Source: Macrostomum lignano
Lineage: Eukaryota
DNA: 64,000 nucleotides
Assembly: GCA_002269645.1 (NCBI GenBank)
Contig: NIVC01002224.1
Coordinates: forward strand, 1-64,000
Reading direction: 5' to 3'
Part shown: positions 11,948 to 24,304 of the stretch, in pieces
Layout of the letters: every line of letters begins with the position of its first letter
Numbering within the stretch: the first letter of the stretch is position 1
Made by a program: the position numbers and the translations under genes
The notes under the pieces: model-generated
The model's database searches: none
What the model saw: the letters and a program-made list of their open reading frames with translations, nothing else
Told to the model about the DNA's origin: nothing

Positions 11948-12330
11948 GGGGGGGGGCGTAGTGGTTAAGTGCGGCGCCCTGATGTATCAGTGGCGCAGGC
12001 TCGATAATTTTGGGACTAAATTGAAATCTCGGCTTGGCTCTGCTCGTGCAATCAACGCCCTTGAGGACCAACCCCCAAGGCACTGTGAAGTGTACATGCG
12101 TAACGATAAATGTAGTTAGGACCGCTGTACACTCCTGTGTGAGTGTGTGCCTGTGCGTATGACTGCGTACGTATCCGCGCGCTTGTGTGCCTGCTCAGGG
12201 GAGTCGGGTGGGAATGGGCAGTAATACCTCTTGGCGTTTGTGCGACAGTGTCGTTTAAAGTGCGCCAGGGTGCACACAGCCCCCTGCCTCTAATAAATTT
12301 TTTATCAGTGACTTGATTACTGTGTAATTA
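11948..12330 (+). mobile_element. Possible tRNA-derived SINE
   Basis: G-run start, A-box-like TAGTGGTTAAG (11959-11969) and degenerate B-box GGCTCGATAAT (11998-12008) at tRNA-like spacing. The 3' limit is uncertain and only one copy is present. Confidence 0.35.
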
Positions 12331-13046
12331 CTATTGAATACCTCTTGAAACCCTCTTACTCTTACCAAGTTACCAACTATGGGCTCCAGAGCACGAGGCC
12401 CTTCTAATACTGTATTGATACTGAATCACCCTGTTATGATGCTCTGAACCATGGCAGAAATAGTCACAGCTGTCAGTTCAATCAAATGCATGCAATTTAC
12501 ATGCAGTTGGACACCATGAACTTCGATAAGGAAACTGCACACACGCTATAGGCCTGCGATTGAGAAAGTTATTAATCAAGAAATAACAGCTTGTCATGGA
12601 ATAAATTGATATTGCACCCTAAAACTCTCATAAAGAATCGGAGGAGTAGGGATATTGCTGTGAGTAGGTTGGAAATTCATTCTAATAAAATGGTGTGCAT
12701 ATACGAGTGTACAGAGTGAACTAATATATTTGTACGTGACCATATTGCCGATGGTCACCTCCCAGCCGTATAGTTGGAGAGAGGAAAATACTGGGTGTGG
12801 GAGACGGCCGAGAATTTATTAGACTGCCGGCCAATCCTCGATGAGCGAATGACGGTGGAGAAGAGGGCGAACGATAGAAAAAGGCAAGTGTATAAAATAA
12901 TAATGCGGTTCAAGTCATAGCGCTGCCTTCCAGACCTGATTTCGCGCTCACCAATTTATGCTGAAACTGCCATTGTACGCACGAGTTGGCCATGCGCGCG
13001 CGCTGCAGACAGTCCAGCATCTGCTGATCCTCACTGCTCCATCGAG

Positions 13047-16000
13047 ATGCCGCTGCAGAATGCAGCCTCCAGGCGGAAGGGCTGGTGCACTCGGCTGAAC
13101 ATTCGCGCCGACAACGCCAGATTCCTGCTGCTAGCTGTGCTGATGCTGGTGTACATGCTTGCTGGCGCTGCCGTCTTCATGGCCATCGAAGGCCCCAGAG
13201 AGCGGGTGGAGAAAGCCAAGTACTTCAAATTTGCTCAGGACTTTCGCGCTCGCTACGCCGCGGTGCTCAATCTCAGCGAACTGGACGACTACCTGAGCTT
13301 GCATGCTGACGCATTCACATCCGGCTACCTGACCGACAGGCGACCCCGGTGGGACTATTCAGGCTCTTTCTACTTTGTTGGCACTGTTGTCTCTACCATT
13401 GGTGAGGCCAAAACAGAGTACTTTTTAAATTTAAACTGGTGGCAGCTAGGTTCCCAGTCTAGTTCAACAAAGCTGATGTAAAATCTCGCCATTACATTAC
13501 TTGGATCACCATTTAAAGTTTATTAAGACGGGCCAACATCGAATTCTGTCACCGGCATGAGGTAGAACTCAGTTTTGTAGTAAAGAACTGAGAGTGAGAG
13601 AGTGTGTGTGGGAGAGAGGGGGAGAGAGAGGGAGAGTGAGTGAGAGAGTGTGTGTGAGAGAGAGGGGGCGAGTGAGAGTGAGTGAGAGAGTGTGTGTGAG
13701 AGAGAGGGGGGGAGTGAGAGTGAGTGAGAGAGTGTGTGTGAGAGAGAGGGGGAGAGAGAGGGAGAGTGAGTGAGAGAGTGTGTGTGAGAGAGAGGGGGGG
13801 GGAGTGAGAGTGAGTGAGAGAGTGTGTGTGAGAGAGAGAGGGGGCGAGTGAGAGAGAGTGAGAGCGAGGAGTGACAGAGAGAGGTATAGAGAGAGAGGGT
13901 GAGTGAGAGTGAGTGAGAGTGAGAGTGTGAAAGAGAGAGTGAGAGAGAGTGTGTGTGTGAGAGAGTGAGAGTGTGTGTGAGAGAGAGAGGGGGAGTGAGA
14001 GTGAGAGTGAAACACAGAGAGAGTGACTGAGAGAGAGTGTGTGAGAGTGAGAGTGTGTGTGACAGAGAGAGGTATAAAGAGTGAGAGAGAGTGAGAGAGA
14101 AATGGAGAAGGCCGGGGTGTCATAAATCTGGTGCGGGAGAAAGCAAAAGCGCTGCTGATTTCTGTTGGGAAACCGGCAGGGGATCCAGCAGCAGAATTTA
14201 CTGTGCCACATACGCAGTTATGATTTCCCGGCACAACCAGATATTTGCTGCTTAGCCCCCACCCAGCTGCATTCTATCCACTAGCAAGCATTCTGACCCG
14301 GCAGAAACACAGGCGCACAAAGCAGCACAGAGAGGCGGTATCGGATTCGTTGCCAGGAATTCTCCTTGCACCATTGCGACTCCTCTATCGCAGATTTTTC
14401 CGCCAAAGTGATTAAGCGTGTTTCGCCTCGACCTCGCCATTGCCTCCCGCTACCCTCAATCTTTTCTTCTCCTGGTTGTAAAATATTATTAAAAGTCGCT
14501 GCCCTGTGAGTTTGGCGATTCTTGAACCTTTTCGGCTAGTTGAATTATATCTGTGTGTGTGGTCTGTCATTTATAAATGTTCGCCTCTCTGTGTAATCAC
14601 TCCGTTCGTCAATCAAAACTGGTTTTGCGGAACTGGTGCGTACTGATCTGTACCAGCAGCTGCGAATGCCGCTTTCAGATCAGATCGCCAAGGGCCAGAT
14701 AGGTAACCTAAGTGCATTGGTACGGGCCAGAGGAGGGGACAGAAAGGAGAGAGAAGAGGGGAAAGATCAGAGTAAGAGGTGAGGAGAGGGAATAAAGTCA
14801 AAGAGAGGAGACAAGGGGAGAGGAGAGGAAAGGAAAGGAGAGGAGAGGAGAGGAGAGGAGAGGAGAGGAGAGGAGTGAGGAAAAAAGGAGTGGAGTGGAG
14901 AGGAAAGGCGAGAAAAGAGAAGAGAGAGGAGATTCGAGAGAAGGGAGCTGAGAAGAGACAGAAAGCTTGAGCCCTTCCGGACCTTGAGCCACCTGGTATC
15001 AATGCTTTACTGCAGACAGCAACTTATTTTGTATGCTAGGATCTTAGCAAAACTATCAGCGTCCATCCCAAAGTCTAGACCCACAGTTACTAAGTCGCAT
15101 ACGAGTTGCTGTGTAAGGAATTCCCAGGAGAAATCGATCCAGCAGCGAACTGAGATGTGTGAACCGATTCACTGGGATCGTGAGGATTCTATTAATTGTT
15201 AGCTTTGCCTCGATCGGAAATGCCAATTCCAAGAATTGCACATCTCCGGAAAATTGGCGCCATCCATCCTAACGAATTGAGTTTTAGTTCCATGGCGACG
15301 TCTCTGATGGTAGTCTGAGATTGTAGAATGCTCGCTTCCCGAAGAAAAAATTCCCCAGCATCGAGTCAAGTGGCCCAGAAACTGGAAACTGAGAGCGCAC
15401 CCGGGGTTCTGTTTTCCTTATCTGAATTATTCACAGCTTCTTCAGGTGAAGAAGTGGGTTAAGCTGAAGTCAGTCAGTAGGTCAGTGCACTGGTACACTC
15501 ACACTTTTCACTCACCGCTCTTCTTGTTCACCTGCTGCTGGGAAACATGCTGGTGAACCTTTGCCGAGGGTTCGTGAAAGAAAGAGAACAAGGGACACCT
15601 GCAGTTTTTCCCAAGCCTCTTTCGACTTCGGGAAAAAAACAGTTTAAAAATCCTAATTTTTCCCTATAGCTACTCTCGAACTTGCATTTCGCTTCGTAGG
15701 TATGACCGAAAGCGTTTTTATTTACAAAATATTCAAAAAAATTGTCAATTAGATATCGGAAAGCTAAAAATAGCGAAATTTTTGTAAAGAAAACAAAAAC
15801 CTTTTCGGTCCAGGGCTTTAGAGAAGCGACTCGATCTGTATTCCCAACAGGCAGAAACGAAATCAAGTGATTTATTTTCATCAACTCTCCTATAAGCATA
15901 TACAGACACACTGAGAGAGAGACGGGGAACTGTCAACACACACCCAGAGCATCGTCACGAGGCTATTGCGTGCGTCTGTCAGTCTGCCAGTCAGGAATTC

Positions 16001-19000
16001 AATATCAGTTTATCTGATGCATTACACACAGACAGTTCTACCAGCTAATAATGTCAGCGGCTTATTGCCGGCAGTGTCAGGCTCGTGTCTCCAGCTTTGA
16101 TAAGACAAATAAATGTGTAGGTCGACAAGGGACGTGAGACTGGATACTTGGATGGATAAATTAAAATGGCTTAGAGTCTGTACTGTATCGTAAAGGATTC
16201 AGCAACCGACTTAGAAGTGAAATGGACTACTCCAATTCCACAAACCACTTGTAGCCTAAATGTGCTTGGACCATCTTATAGTCTTCGTTATCTTAATCTT
16301 CGTTAACTGTCGATCTTACCTCTTGATTAAGTTCGCCATGCAGAAATTAAAGTGACCCGAACTAAGCTTTTAAAGGGCCTCAGGAAAAAAATGGAGTGAA
16401 GTCACGCAGCTCCACTTTTGAGCAGGTTTTAACCAATTCAAGGAGCACGAAGTCGGGCTCAATTTTTGTTGCGCACCTTCTCAAACAAGAATCCAGTCTC
16501 CAACTCTCCCCATTAGCGCCATCTATGCGCCAATCAGCACTACGCCTCTGTGCTGCCTTTGCCAAGCCTAGAAGACATTGACTTGTTGATTCTTAACAGA
16601 TCTTGTCTATCTTCTTGGGTTGCTGCGCAAGTACTTTCAAGAACGTGCAAGATCTTCGTTATGATAATATCACTATGATATGATAATACTTAGGTAAACT
16701 TACCAGATCTGGGCCACTTGCTACATCGTACAAGATCTTAACTTTTAAAATCTTTTTATAACTTCGAATCGCATATTTTATTAAATTTATTGTCCCATTT
16801 TGCCATAAAATAAAAAAATAATAAAGCTAGAACACTTAAGCCAAATGAATGACAAAACAAATGTACCTCCCTTCTTAGAAGTCCTGCAAGAACCGAGCAG
16901 ATTGAGAAGATCTGCCAACAATAGCACAGAGACAAGATCTGCTAAGTCTTAGAAACAGAATCTCCTCTAGGGAAGTCTCCAAATTTCATCAGCAAGTGGA
17001 CCACGTGTGCCTGCATCAGCTCTGACTTCGTTGGTTACTGGCCTTCACCCAGGCGGAGCTTCTGGACCTTCATTCAACAGATGGCACCAGGTGACTGGTG
17101 TGGATACCAGCTGTTGCAAATTTGATCTCTGGTCAAGCCTCGAAAGTGGACAAGCCTCAACTGCTAGACATCCCTAGCTAGTCTCTCAAGCATTCGATCG
17201 TCATGCAAACGGATTCGCCTCCTTCAACGATAACGACACCAGGCAACTATTTATAGAAACCGGAAGCTATAGTCTATGGCCAAGCCTGCAAATTTAAAGC
17301 GTCCTCTTGTTCGCACTACGGCTCTTTTCGGTCGCAATGTTGACACAATGTTGAGCAATCTAGGTGTCTTAAGACCGAACAAACCGTGCACTCAGAGGCC
17401 ATTTTCTCTACCACCAAATTGTCCCGAAACCACCTCATTTGGCTAAAGAAGGGTGGCGCGCCAAAACTCGATTTGTTTTCCTATGTGAGCGTTCGCTTAT
17501 CCATCTTATTTTGCCGGATCAATTGTGAACTGAGAGTTGGCTAGAGCTGGTGCAGCTGCAGTCTTAGTGGAGTCTGATTGCCTTGTTGTGAAATTAGGAG
17601 TGGCAGGCGTGGCCAACAAGGATGCTGCAGTGATGGTGTCGTGCAGAGAAATTATTGAGCAACTCGCCAAGTAATGTTATAGTAAGCAGATCGATGAGTT
17701 AAGAAGCTGAACAGTTGTGTCGGCTTTTTGTGCGGCGTGCTCATCGAGCTGAGAGAGGGAGTGTGCGGGGAGGGTGAGAGAGGGAGGGAGAGGGAAAGTG
17801 AGAAGGGAGAGTAAGAGAGGGAGTGTGGTAGAGGTAGAGGGAGCGAAGGAAATTAAAAGTGAGTGAGGGGGAGAGTGGGAGATGGAGGTTGAGATTGAGA
17901 GTGAGAGAGGGAGAGTGAGATAGGGAGAGGGAAAGGGAGAGTGAGAGAGGGAGAGGGAGAGTGAGAGAGGGAGAGGGAGAGTGCGAGAGGGAGAGGGAGA
18001 GTGAGAGAGGGAGAGGGAGAGTGAGAGAGGGAGAGGGAGGGAGGGAGAGGTAGAGGGAGAGAGGGCGAGGTAGAGTGAGAGAGGGAGTAGAGTGAGATAG
18101 AGTGAGATAGATAGGGAGAGTAGAGTAGAGTGAGATAGGGAGAGGAAGAGGGAGAGGGAGAGAGGGAGAGGGAGAGTGAAAGGAAGAGGGATCAGAGTAA
18201 GAGAGGGAGAGGGAGAAACGAAGGTTGAGATTGAGAGGGGAAAGTGAGATTGAGAGGGAGAGTGGGAGAGGGAGAGGGCAAGGGGAGTGAGAGTGAGAAA
18301 TTGAAAGAAGGATACACATCATTAAGGGAATAAATGCTGAGATCTGCAGCTCTGTTAAGACCATGACCAGATCGAGTTAGGCAAAAGATCGCAGCCAATG
18401 AGACAGGAAAAGACAAATTTACTTTCCAAGAACGGATCGATTCCTCCAGTCGCGTGCCGCGCACAACGCAACGCTCAAAAATCTCAGTGAAAGTGCAATT
18501 CAATTAGATGGCTGGGTCACAATTGCATTAGCAAGTCAAATTCACCAGATTGATGGCTGTTTCGCTTTTGGGGAGCTGCCGTCGCCTGGAGGGCAGACGA
18601 TATCTCGTAAGATGCTTAATTTGAAAGAAACTTCTTCGCAATGAAAAACAACTTGAGAGTAAACAGCGAAAGTTCGTTTAGATGATTTCATGAAAACGTT
18701 TGCTCAATTCAAGATGAAGAATACCAGATTCAGAATCCTATCAGGCTATCAGGGAAATAAAAGGTTAAATGAATTGCATAGCACAATGGCTTGAAAATAA
18801 AATATTGTAACTCCAGTCAGACACCCACCCCACTCCAGTCAGACACCCACCCCACTCCAGTCAGACACCCACCCCACTCACATTAGACACCAACCCCACA
18901 CCAGTCAGACACCAACCCCACTCCAATCAGACAGCAAACCCACACCAGTCAGACACAAACCCCACTCCAAACAGACACCAACCCCACTCCACTCAGACAC

Positions 19001-21130
19001 CAACCCCACTCCACTCAGACACCAACCCCACTCCATTCCCAGGGTTCGGAATGACCACGCCACGCACCATCGCTGGAAAGGCCCTGGTGATCTGGTACGG
19101 CTTCCTTGGCTGCTCAGGAGCCATCCTGTTCTTCAACCTGTTCCTGGAGAGGATCATCACCTTCTGGGCGCTGATCCTCCGCCAGCTGCACCAGCTGTCC
19201 AGCCGGCTCAAGGCGGCTCGCAAGCGTCGGCGAGCTCGGCAGTCAGGCGAGCTGCAGTACGAAACGGCCACCGTGACAGCGGCGGCTACCGCCCAGTCCT
19301 CAGCAGCCTCACCGTCGGGACCTTCAACAGACAAGACCGTCGGAGAAGGCTCTGCCGACTCGCTAGACAGCTGGAAGCCTTCAGTGTACAAGGTGCAATT
19401 CCTGCTGCTATGCACCGCCTGTGGCATCGCATGTACAGCCTCGGCCGTGTACCAACCTGTTGAGTCGTGGACCTACTTCGACTCGGTGTACTTCTGCTTT
19501 GTCGCCTTCTCGACCATTGGATTCGGCGATCTGGTGGTCAGCCAGCGGTCGGATTACGCATTTAGCACGCTGTACCGTGTGGGCAACTTCTGCTTTCTGA
19601 TGCTGGGCTGCTGCTGCATCTATTCCTTCTTCAACGTGACCTCCCTGGTGCTGAGAACCATGCTGGACAGGATGATCCGGAGGCTGGACTGTCGGTGCAC
19701 CAACTGCCTGCGGCCCAAGGCCAAGATGAGGACGCTGCCGCCGCCGCCAAGGTTCAGGAGGAATGCCATCACGGAGAGAGACGTGGAGGAGCAGGTGAGC
19801 CCCAATACCCGCTCTATCATTACCCCAATACCCACTCTATCATCGTCCCAATACCCACTGTATCATCGCCCCAATACCCACTCTATCATCGTCCCAATAC
19901 CCACTCTATCATCGCCCCAATACCCACTCTATCATCGTCCCAATACCCACTGTATCATCGCCCCAATACCCACTCTATCATCGCCCCAATACCCACTGTA
20001 TCATCGCCCCAATACCCACTCTATCATCGCCCCAATACCCACTCTATCATCGCCCCAATACCCACTCTATCATCGCCCCAATACCCACTCTATCATCGCC
20101 CCAATACCCACTCTATCATCGCCCCAATACCCACTCTATCATCGCCCCAATACCCACTCTATCATAGCCCCAATACCCACTCTATCATCGCCCCAATACC
20201 TACTCAATCATAGCCCCAAAATCCACCTCTCCACTGCCCCAATACCCACTGTATCTCGCCCCAATACCCACTATCATCGCCCCAATACCCACTCTATCAT
20301 CGCCCCAATACCAACTCTATCATTCCAATCACTCTAATACCCAATCAAGAATCGCCCCAACACCCAGTCAAGAATCGACCCAACACCCAGTCAAGAATCG
20401 CCCCAACACCCAGTCAAGAATCGCCCCAATACCCAGTCAAGAATCGCCCCAATACCCAGTCAAGAATCGCCCCAATACCCAGTCAAGAATCGCCCCAACA
20501 CCCAGTCAAGAATCGCCCCAACACCCAGTCAAGAATCGCCCGGATACCCAGTCAAGAATCACTACTCCAATACCCAGTCAAGAATCACTACTCCAATACC
20601 CAGTCAAGAATCACTCCAATACCCAGTCAAGAATCACTCCAATACCCAGTCAAGAATCGCCCCAACACCCAGTCAAGAGTCGCCCCAATACCCAGTCAAG
20701 AATCGCCCCAATACCCAGTCAAGAATCGCCCCAATACCCAGTCAAGAATCGCCTCAATACCCAGTCAAGAATCGCCCCAACACCCAGTCAAGAGTCGCCC
20801 CAACACCCAGTCAAGAATCGCCCCAATACCCAGTCAAGAATCGCCCCGATACCCATCGCGCAACCGCAGGCCAAAGACGCGGTTCACGAGGCCCGGAGGC
20901 TCAAGCGCCAGTCGTTCGACTCGAATTACGACTCGGACCGGTCGGACTTATCCGACGAGCTCATCTGCATGCAGGACTTCCTGCGACCCAACAAGGTGCA
21001 CCTCATCCAGCTGCAGAAACAGCTGTTCGAGACCGCCCAGCGGGCGCGAGAACCCGACGACGGTTTCAAAGGCGGCGTTGGTCCGCTGGCCGTGGTCAGT
21101 CAGAAGTTCGACGCTGAACCGGCGTACTGA
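13047..21130 (+). CDS. KCNK13: Two-pore-domain K+ channel, THIK subfamily (KCNK12/KCNK13-like), 3 exons, ~455 aa
   Basis: Exons 13047-13401 (DNARFLLLAVL...WDYSGSFYFVGTVVSTIG), 19043-19794 (FGMTTPRT...WKPSVY...YFCFVAFSTIGFGDLV) and 20870-21130 (ELICMQDFLRPNKVHLIQLQKQL...FKGGVGPLAV). Two TIGFG filters and THIK-type C-terminal motifs; 1368 nt in frame. Confidence 0.92.
13590..14105 (+). repeat. Compound (GA/GT) microsatellite, purine-rich
   Basis: Runs of GAGAGTGA/GTGTGT seen directly. Confidence 0.9.
14735..14960 (+). repeat. (GAGAG/GGAGA)n polypurine tract
   Basis: Seen directly. Confidence 0.85.
16977..17220 (+). repeat. Dispersed repeat copy 2 (homologous to 10794-11010)
   Basis: Shares the anchor sequences of copy 1 in the same orientation. 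Confidence 0.8.
17745..18310 (+). repeat. (GAGAGG/GAGAGT)n polypurine tract
   Basis: Seen directly. Confidence 0.88.
18810..19035 (+). repeat. 22-bp minisatellite (CCACTCCAGTCAGACACCCACC)n abutting the K2P exon 2 acceptor
   Basis: The last unit CCCACTCCATTCCCAG forms the acceptor itself (AG at 19041-19042). Confidence 0.92.
19800..20860 (+). repeat. Two adjacent 23-bp arrays (CCCAATACCCACTCTATCATCGC)n then (CCCAATACCCAGTCAAGAATCGC)n filling K2P intron 2
   Basis: Starts right after donor GT at 19795, switches unit near 20340 and ends just before the acceptor at 20869. Confidence 0.95.
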
Positions 21131-21249
21131 CTGTTTGCGAATGACCAATTCGTGTACTTTTAAATTATCGACATACATGTATTAAACATTAATCTTATGC
21201 GTCATTAAGTGGCCATGGCGATAGTAGTATACACTGTATGTCCATGTAG

Positions 21250-21875
21250 GTTAACAGGTTGGCGCCACTCTCCCTGTGTGTAACAGGTTGGCGCCACTCT
21301 CCCTGTGTGTAACAGGTTGGCGCCATTCTTCCTGTGTGTAACAGGTTGGCGCCACTCTTCCTGTGTGTAACAGGTTGGCGCCACTCTTCCTGTGTGTAAC
21401 AGGTTGGCGCCACTCTTAGTGTGTGTAACAGGTTGGCGCCACTCTCCCTGCGTGTAACAGGTTGGCGCCATTCTTAGTGTGTGTGACAGGTTGGCGCCAC
21501 TCTTAGTGTGTAACAGGTTGGCGCCACTCTTAGTGTGTGTAACAGGTTGGCGCCACTCTTCCTGTGTGTAACAGGTTGGCGCCACTCTTCCTGTGTGTAA
21601 CAGGTTGGCGCCACTCTTAGTGTGTGTAACAGGTTGGCGCCACTCTCCCTGTGTGTAACAGGTTGGCGCCATTCTTAGTGTGTGTGACAGGTTGGCGCCA
21701 CTCTTAGTGTGTAACAGGTTGGCGCCACTCTTAGTGTGTGTAACAGGTTGGCGCCGTTCTTTCTGTGAGTAACAGGTTGGCGCCATTCTCCCTGTGTGAC
21801 AGGTTGGCGCCACTCTTCCTGTGTGTATAACAGGTTGGCGCCATTCTTCCTGTGTGTATAACAGGTTGGTGCCGT
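21250..21875 (+). repeat. 29-bp minisatellite (AACAGGTTGGCGCCACTCTCCCTGTGTGT)n in the K2P 3' region
   Basis: Tandem copies seen directly. Confidence 0.95.
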
Positions 21876-22604
21876 TCCGTAAGTTGATGATTTTGCGCTT
21901 CAGAAATTGTTGTTCGAAGTTACTTTTGTCTGACCTTTGCTAGTTACAATTTTATGGTTTGTATTCGCTAACTTATCAAAATGATTACATAAGTGGTCAA
22001 AGCTGTACACTTTCAAAGAATGCATACAATAATTATTAGTGCAATATGTACTGACAAAGTAAACCAGTATACAATGTCATAAACATGAAAATCATTCTTT
22101 CCGTGCGAGTTTCTCAGCCACTTGCTTTCTAATTGCTTAGAGTTTTCCAATGCGTTTAAATTATCCGCCAGCAATGCTACTAAATTTTCACCATTAAGTA
22201 GACAAGTAGCGCATTTTACAGTCGAAAAATAAAATAAAACATCAAAATATGTAGACTAAAATATTGAAACGTGCACTCATCAACAAGAACCACAGTTGGG
22301 ACAATGCGAGAAGCAATTAATATAATTTACCTCATCAAATAAACAAAAGCAATCAGATGGGGCTGACAGTATTTCACTGCAGAGCAAAGCTTTCACAATG
22401 AAATCAGAACAAGCAGTATAAGGTAGAGAATGGCATCAAGGACTGCAAAATTTTACAGACTTGCTTGCTTCAATACAGTATCATGATCTCCAGACTTTGC
22501 TTCAAGGGGTCATCAAGAAATTGCAACGCTAATATAAAGTGGCCTGCGTACAGGATTACAGAATAAAGCTGTCCCTAAATATTGCGTCATTTAACTGAAC
22601 TTTA

Positions 22605-23415
22605 TCATCGCGCCAATACCCACTCTACAAGCGTATCATTACCCCAATCCCAGTCTATCATCACCCCAATACCCACTCTATCATCGCCCCAATACCCACT
22701 CTATCATTACCCCAATACCCACTCTATCATTACCCCAATACCCACTCTATCATCGCCCCAATACCCACTCTATCATCGCCCCAATACCCACTCTATCATC
22801 GCCCCAATACCCACTCTATCATCGCCCTAATACCCACTCTATCATCGCCCTAATACCCACTCTATCATCGCCCCAATACCCACTCTATCATCGCCCCAAT
22901 ACCCACTCTATCATCGCCCCAATACCCACTCTATCATCGCCCTAATACCCACTCTATCATCGCCCTAATACCCACTCTATCATCGCCCCAATACCCACTC
23001 TATCATTACCCCAATACCCACTCTATCATCGCCCCAATACCCTCTCTATCATTACCCCAATACCCACTCTATCATCGCCCCAATACCCACTCTATCATCG
23101 CCCCAATACCCACTCTATCATCGCCCTAATATTCACTCTATCATCGCCCTAATACCCACTCTATCATCGCCCTAATACCCACTCTATCATCGCCCCAATA
23201 CCCACATTATCATCGCCCTAATATCCACTCTATCATCGCCCCAATACCCACATTATCATCGCCCTAATATCCACTCTATCATCGCCCCAATACCCACATT
23301 ATCATCGCCATATACCCACTCTAGCATCGCTCCAATACCCATTCAAACATCGCCCCAATACCCACTCCATCATCGCCTCAATACCCACTATCATTACCCC
23401 AATACCCACTCTAAA
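22605..23415 (+). repeat. 23-bp minisatellite (CCCAATACCCACTCTATCATCGC)n, same unit as K2P intron 2
   Basis: Same consensus as 19800-20340. Confidence 0.95.
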
Positions 23416-23924
23416 GTGGCTCAATAGCCACTATAGAGTCTGAGATACCAGCTGAAATATTTTCAAGCAAATAATTTCCTAACGTCCCAGCCATGTTACT
23501 TACAGTAGCAATGTAGCATTATAGATATAACATGTCTTCAAAAAAGTTTAACTTCTTTTCTAAATATATACATCAAGAGACACACAGAACAAAATCAGAA
23601 ACGAACAGAAGAGGCCATAGTATTATTCATAGGTAAAGTGTGAATCAATCAGCTCTCAGGTCTCGGGATTCTAAATCCAACAGAAAATTACAAACTTGGT
23701 GAGGGAACAAAAAAACAAAAAAATGACAGAATGAAGTTGAAGACGCAACAAGTAAATAACTAGTAGCAGAGTTTCACGAACCCGTAACCTACAGAAACTG
23801 TTTAGACAAACGCGTTGTGTGCTTCGGTTTATTATATTGTTACTAAACTGAAACACAAGTTATCACTGAATGTGTAAAGGGCACGATAGATTAGGAATGA
23901 CAGAAACATCAACAGATTAGAGCC

Positions 23925-24125
23925 TTTCGAGACAGACAGACGGACACAGAAGAGGCAGACAGACACCAAGGCAGGCAAAGAGACACAGACAGATCTAGAC
24001 AGACAGATGGACAGACAGACAGACGACAGACAGACAGACGACAGAAAGACATACAGACACAGAGGAGGCAGACAGACACTAAGGCAGGCAGACAGACAGA
24101 CAGGCAGACGGACACACTCACACAG
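23925..24125 (+). repeat. Degenerate (GACA)n microsatellite
   Basis: Seen directly. Confidence 0.8.
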
Positions 24126-24304
24126 ACGCATGCAGTGAGCGGTTCCATAGCCTACAGTAAGCATAGCGCAGACTTGAACAGCTAAATCAATTCAATCCAA
24201 GCCGTCAAAGCGTATAATTGGAAAACTATTAATAACTGAAGCAATCAATATAGAGAAATAGTTATAATCAAAGTTCAGTTTGGTACAAAGGCAAACTCCA
24301 GCCC

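Noticed and set aside
17540-17675. Short frame LARAGAAAVLVESDCLVV resembling a retroelement RNase H strand
   Set aside because: Under 50 aa, bounded by stops, with no other RT/RH motifs nearby.
19795-20337. Read-through C-terminal extension of the K2P ORF (19051..20337)
   Set aside because: It is intron 2 repeat; the true THIK C-terminus is in exon 20870-21130.
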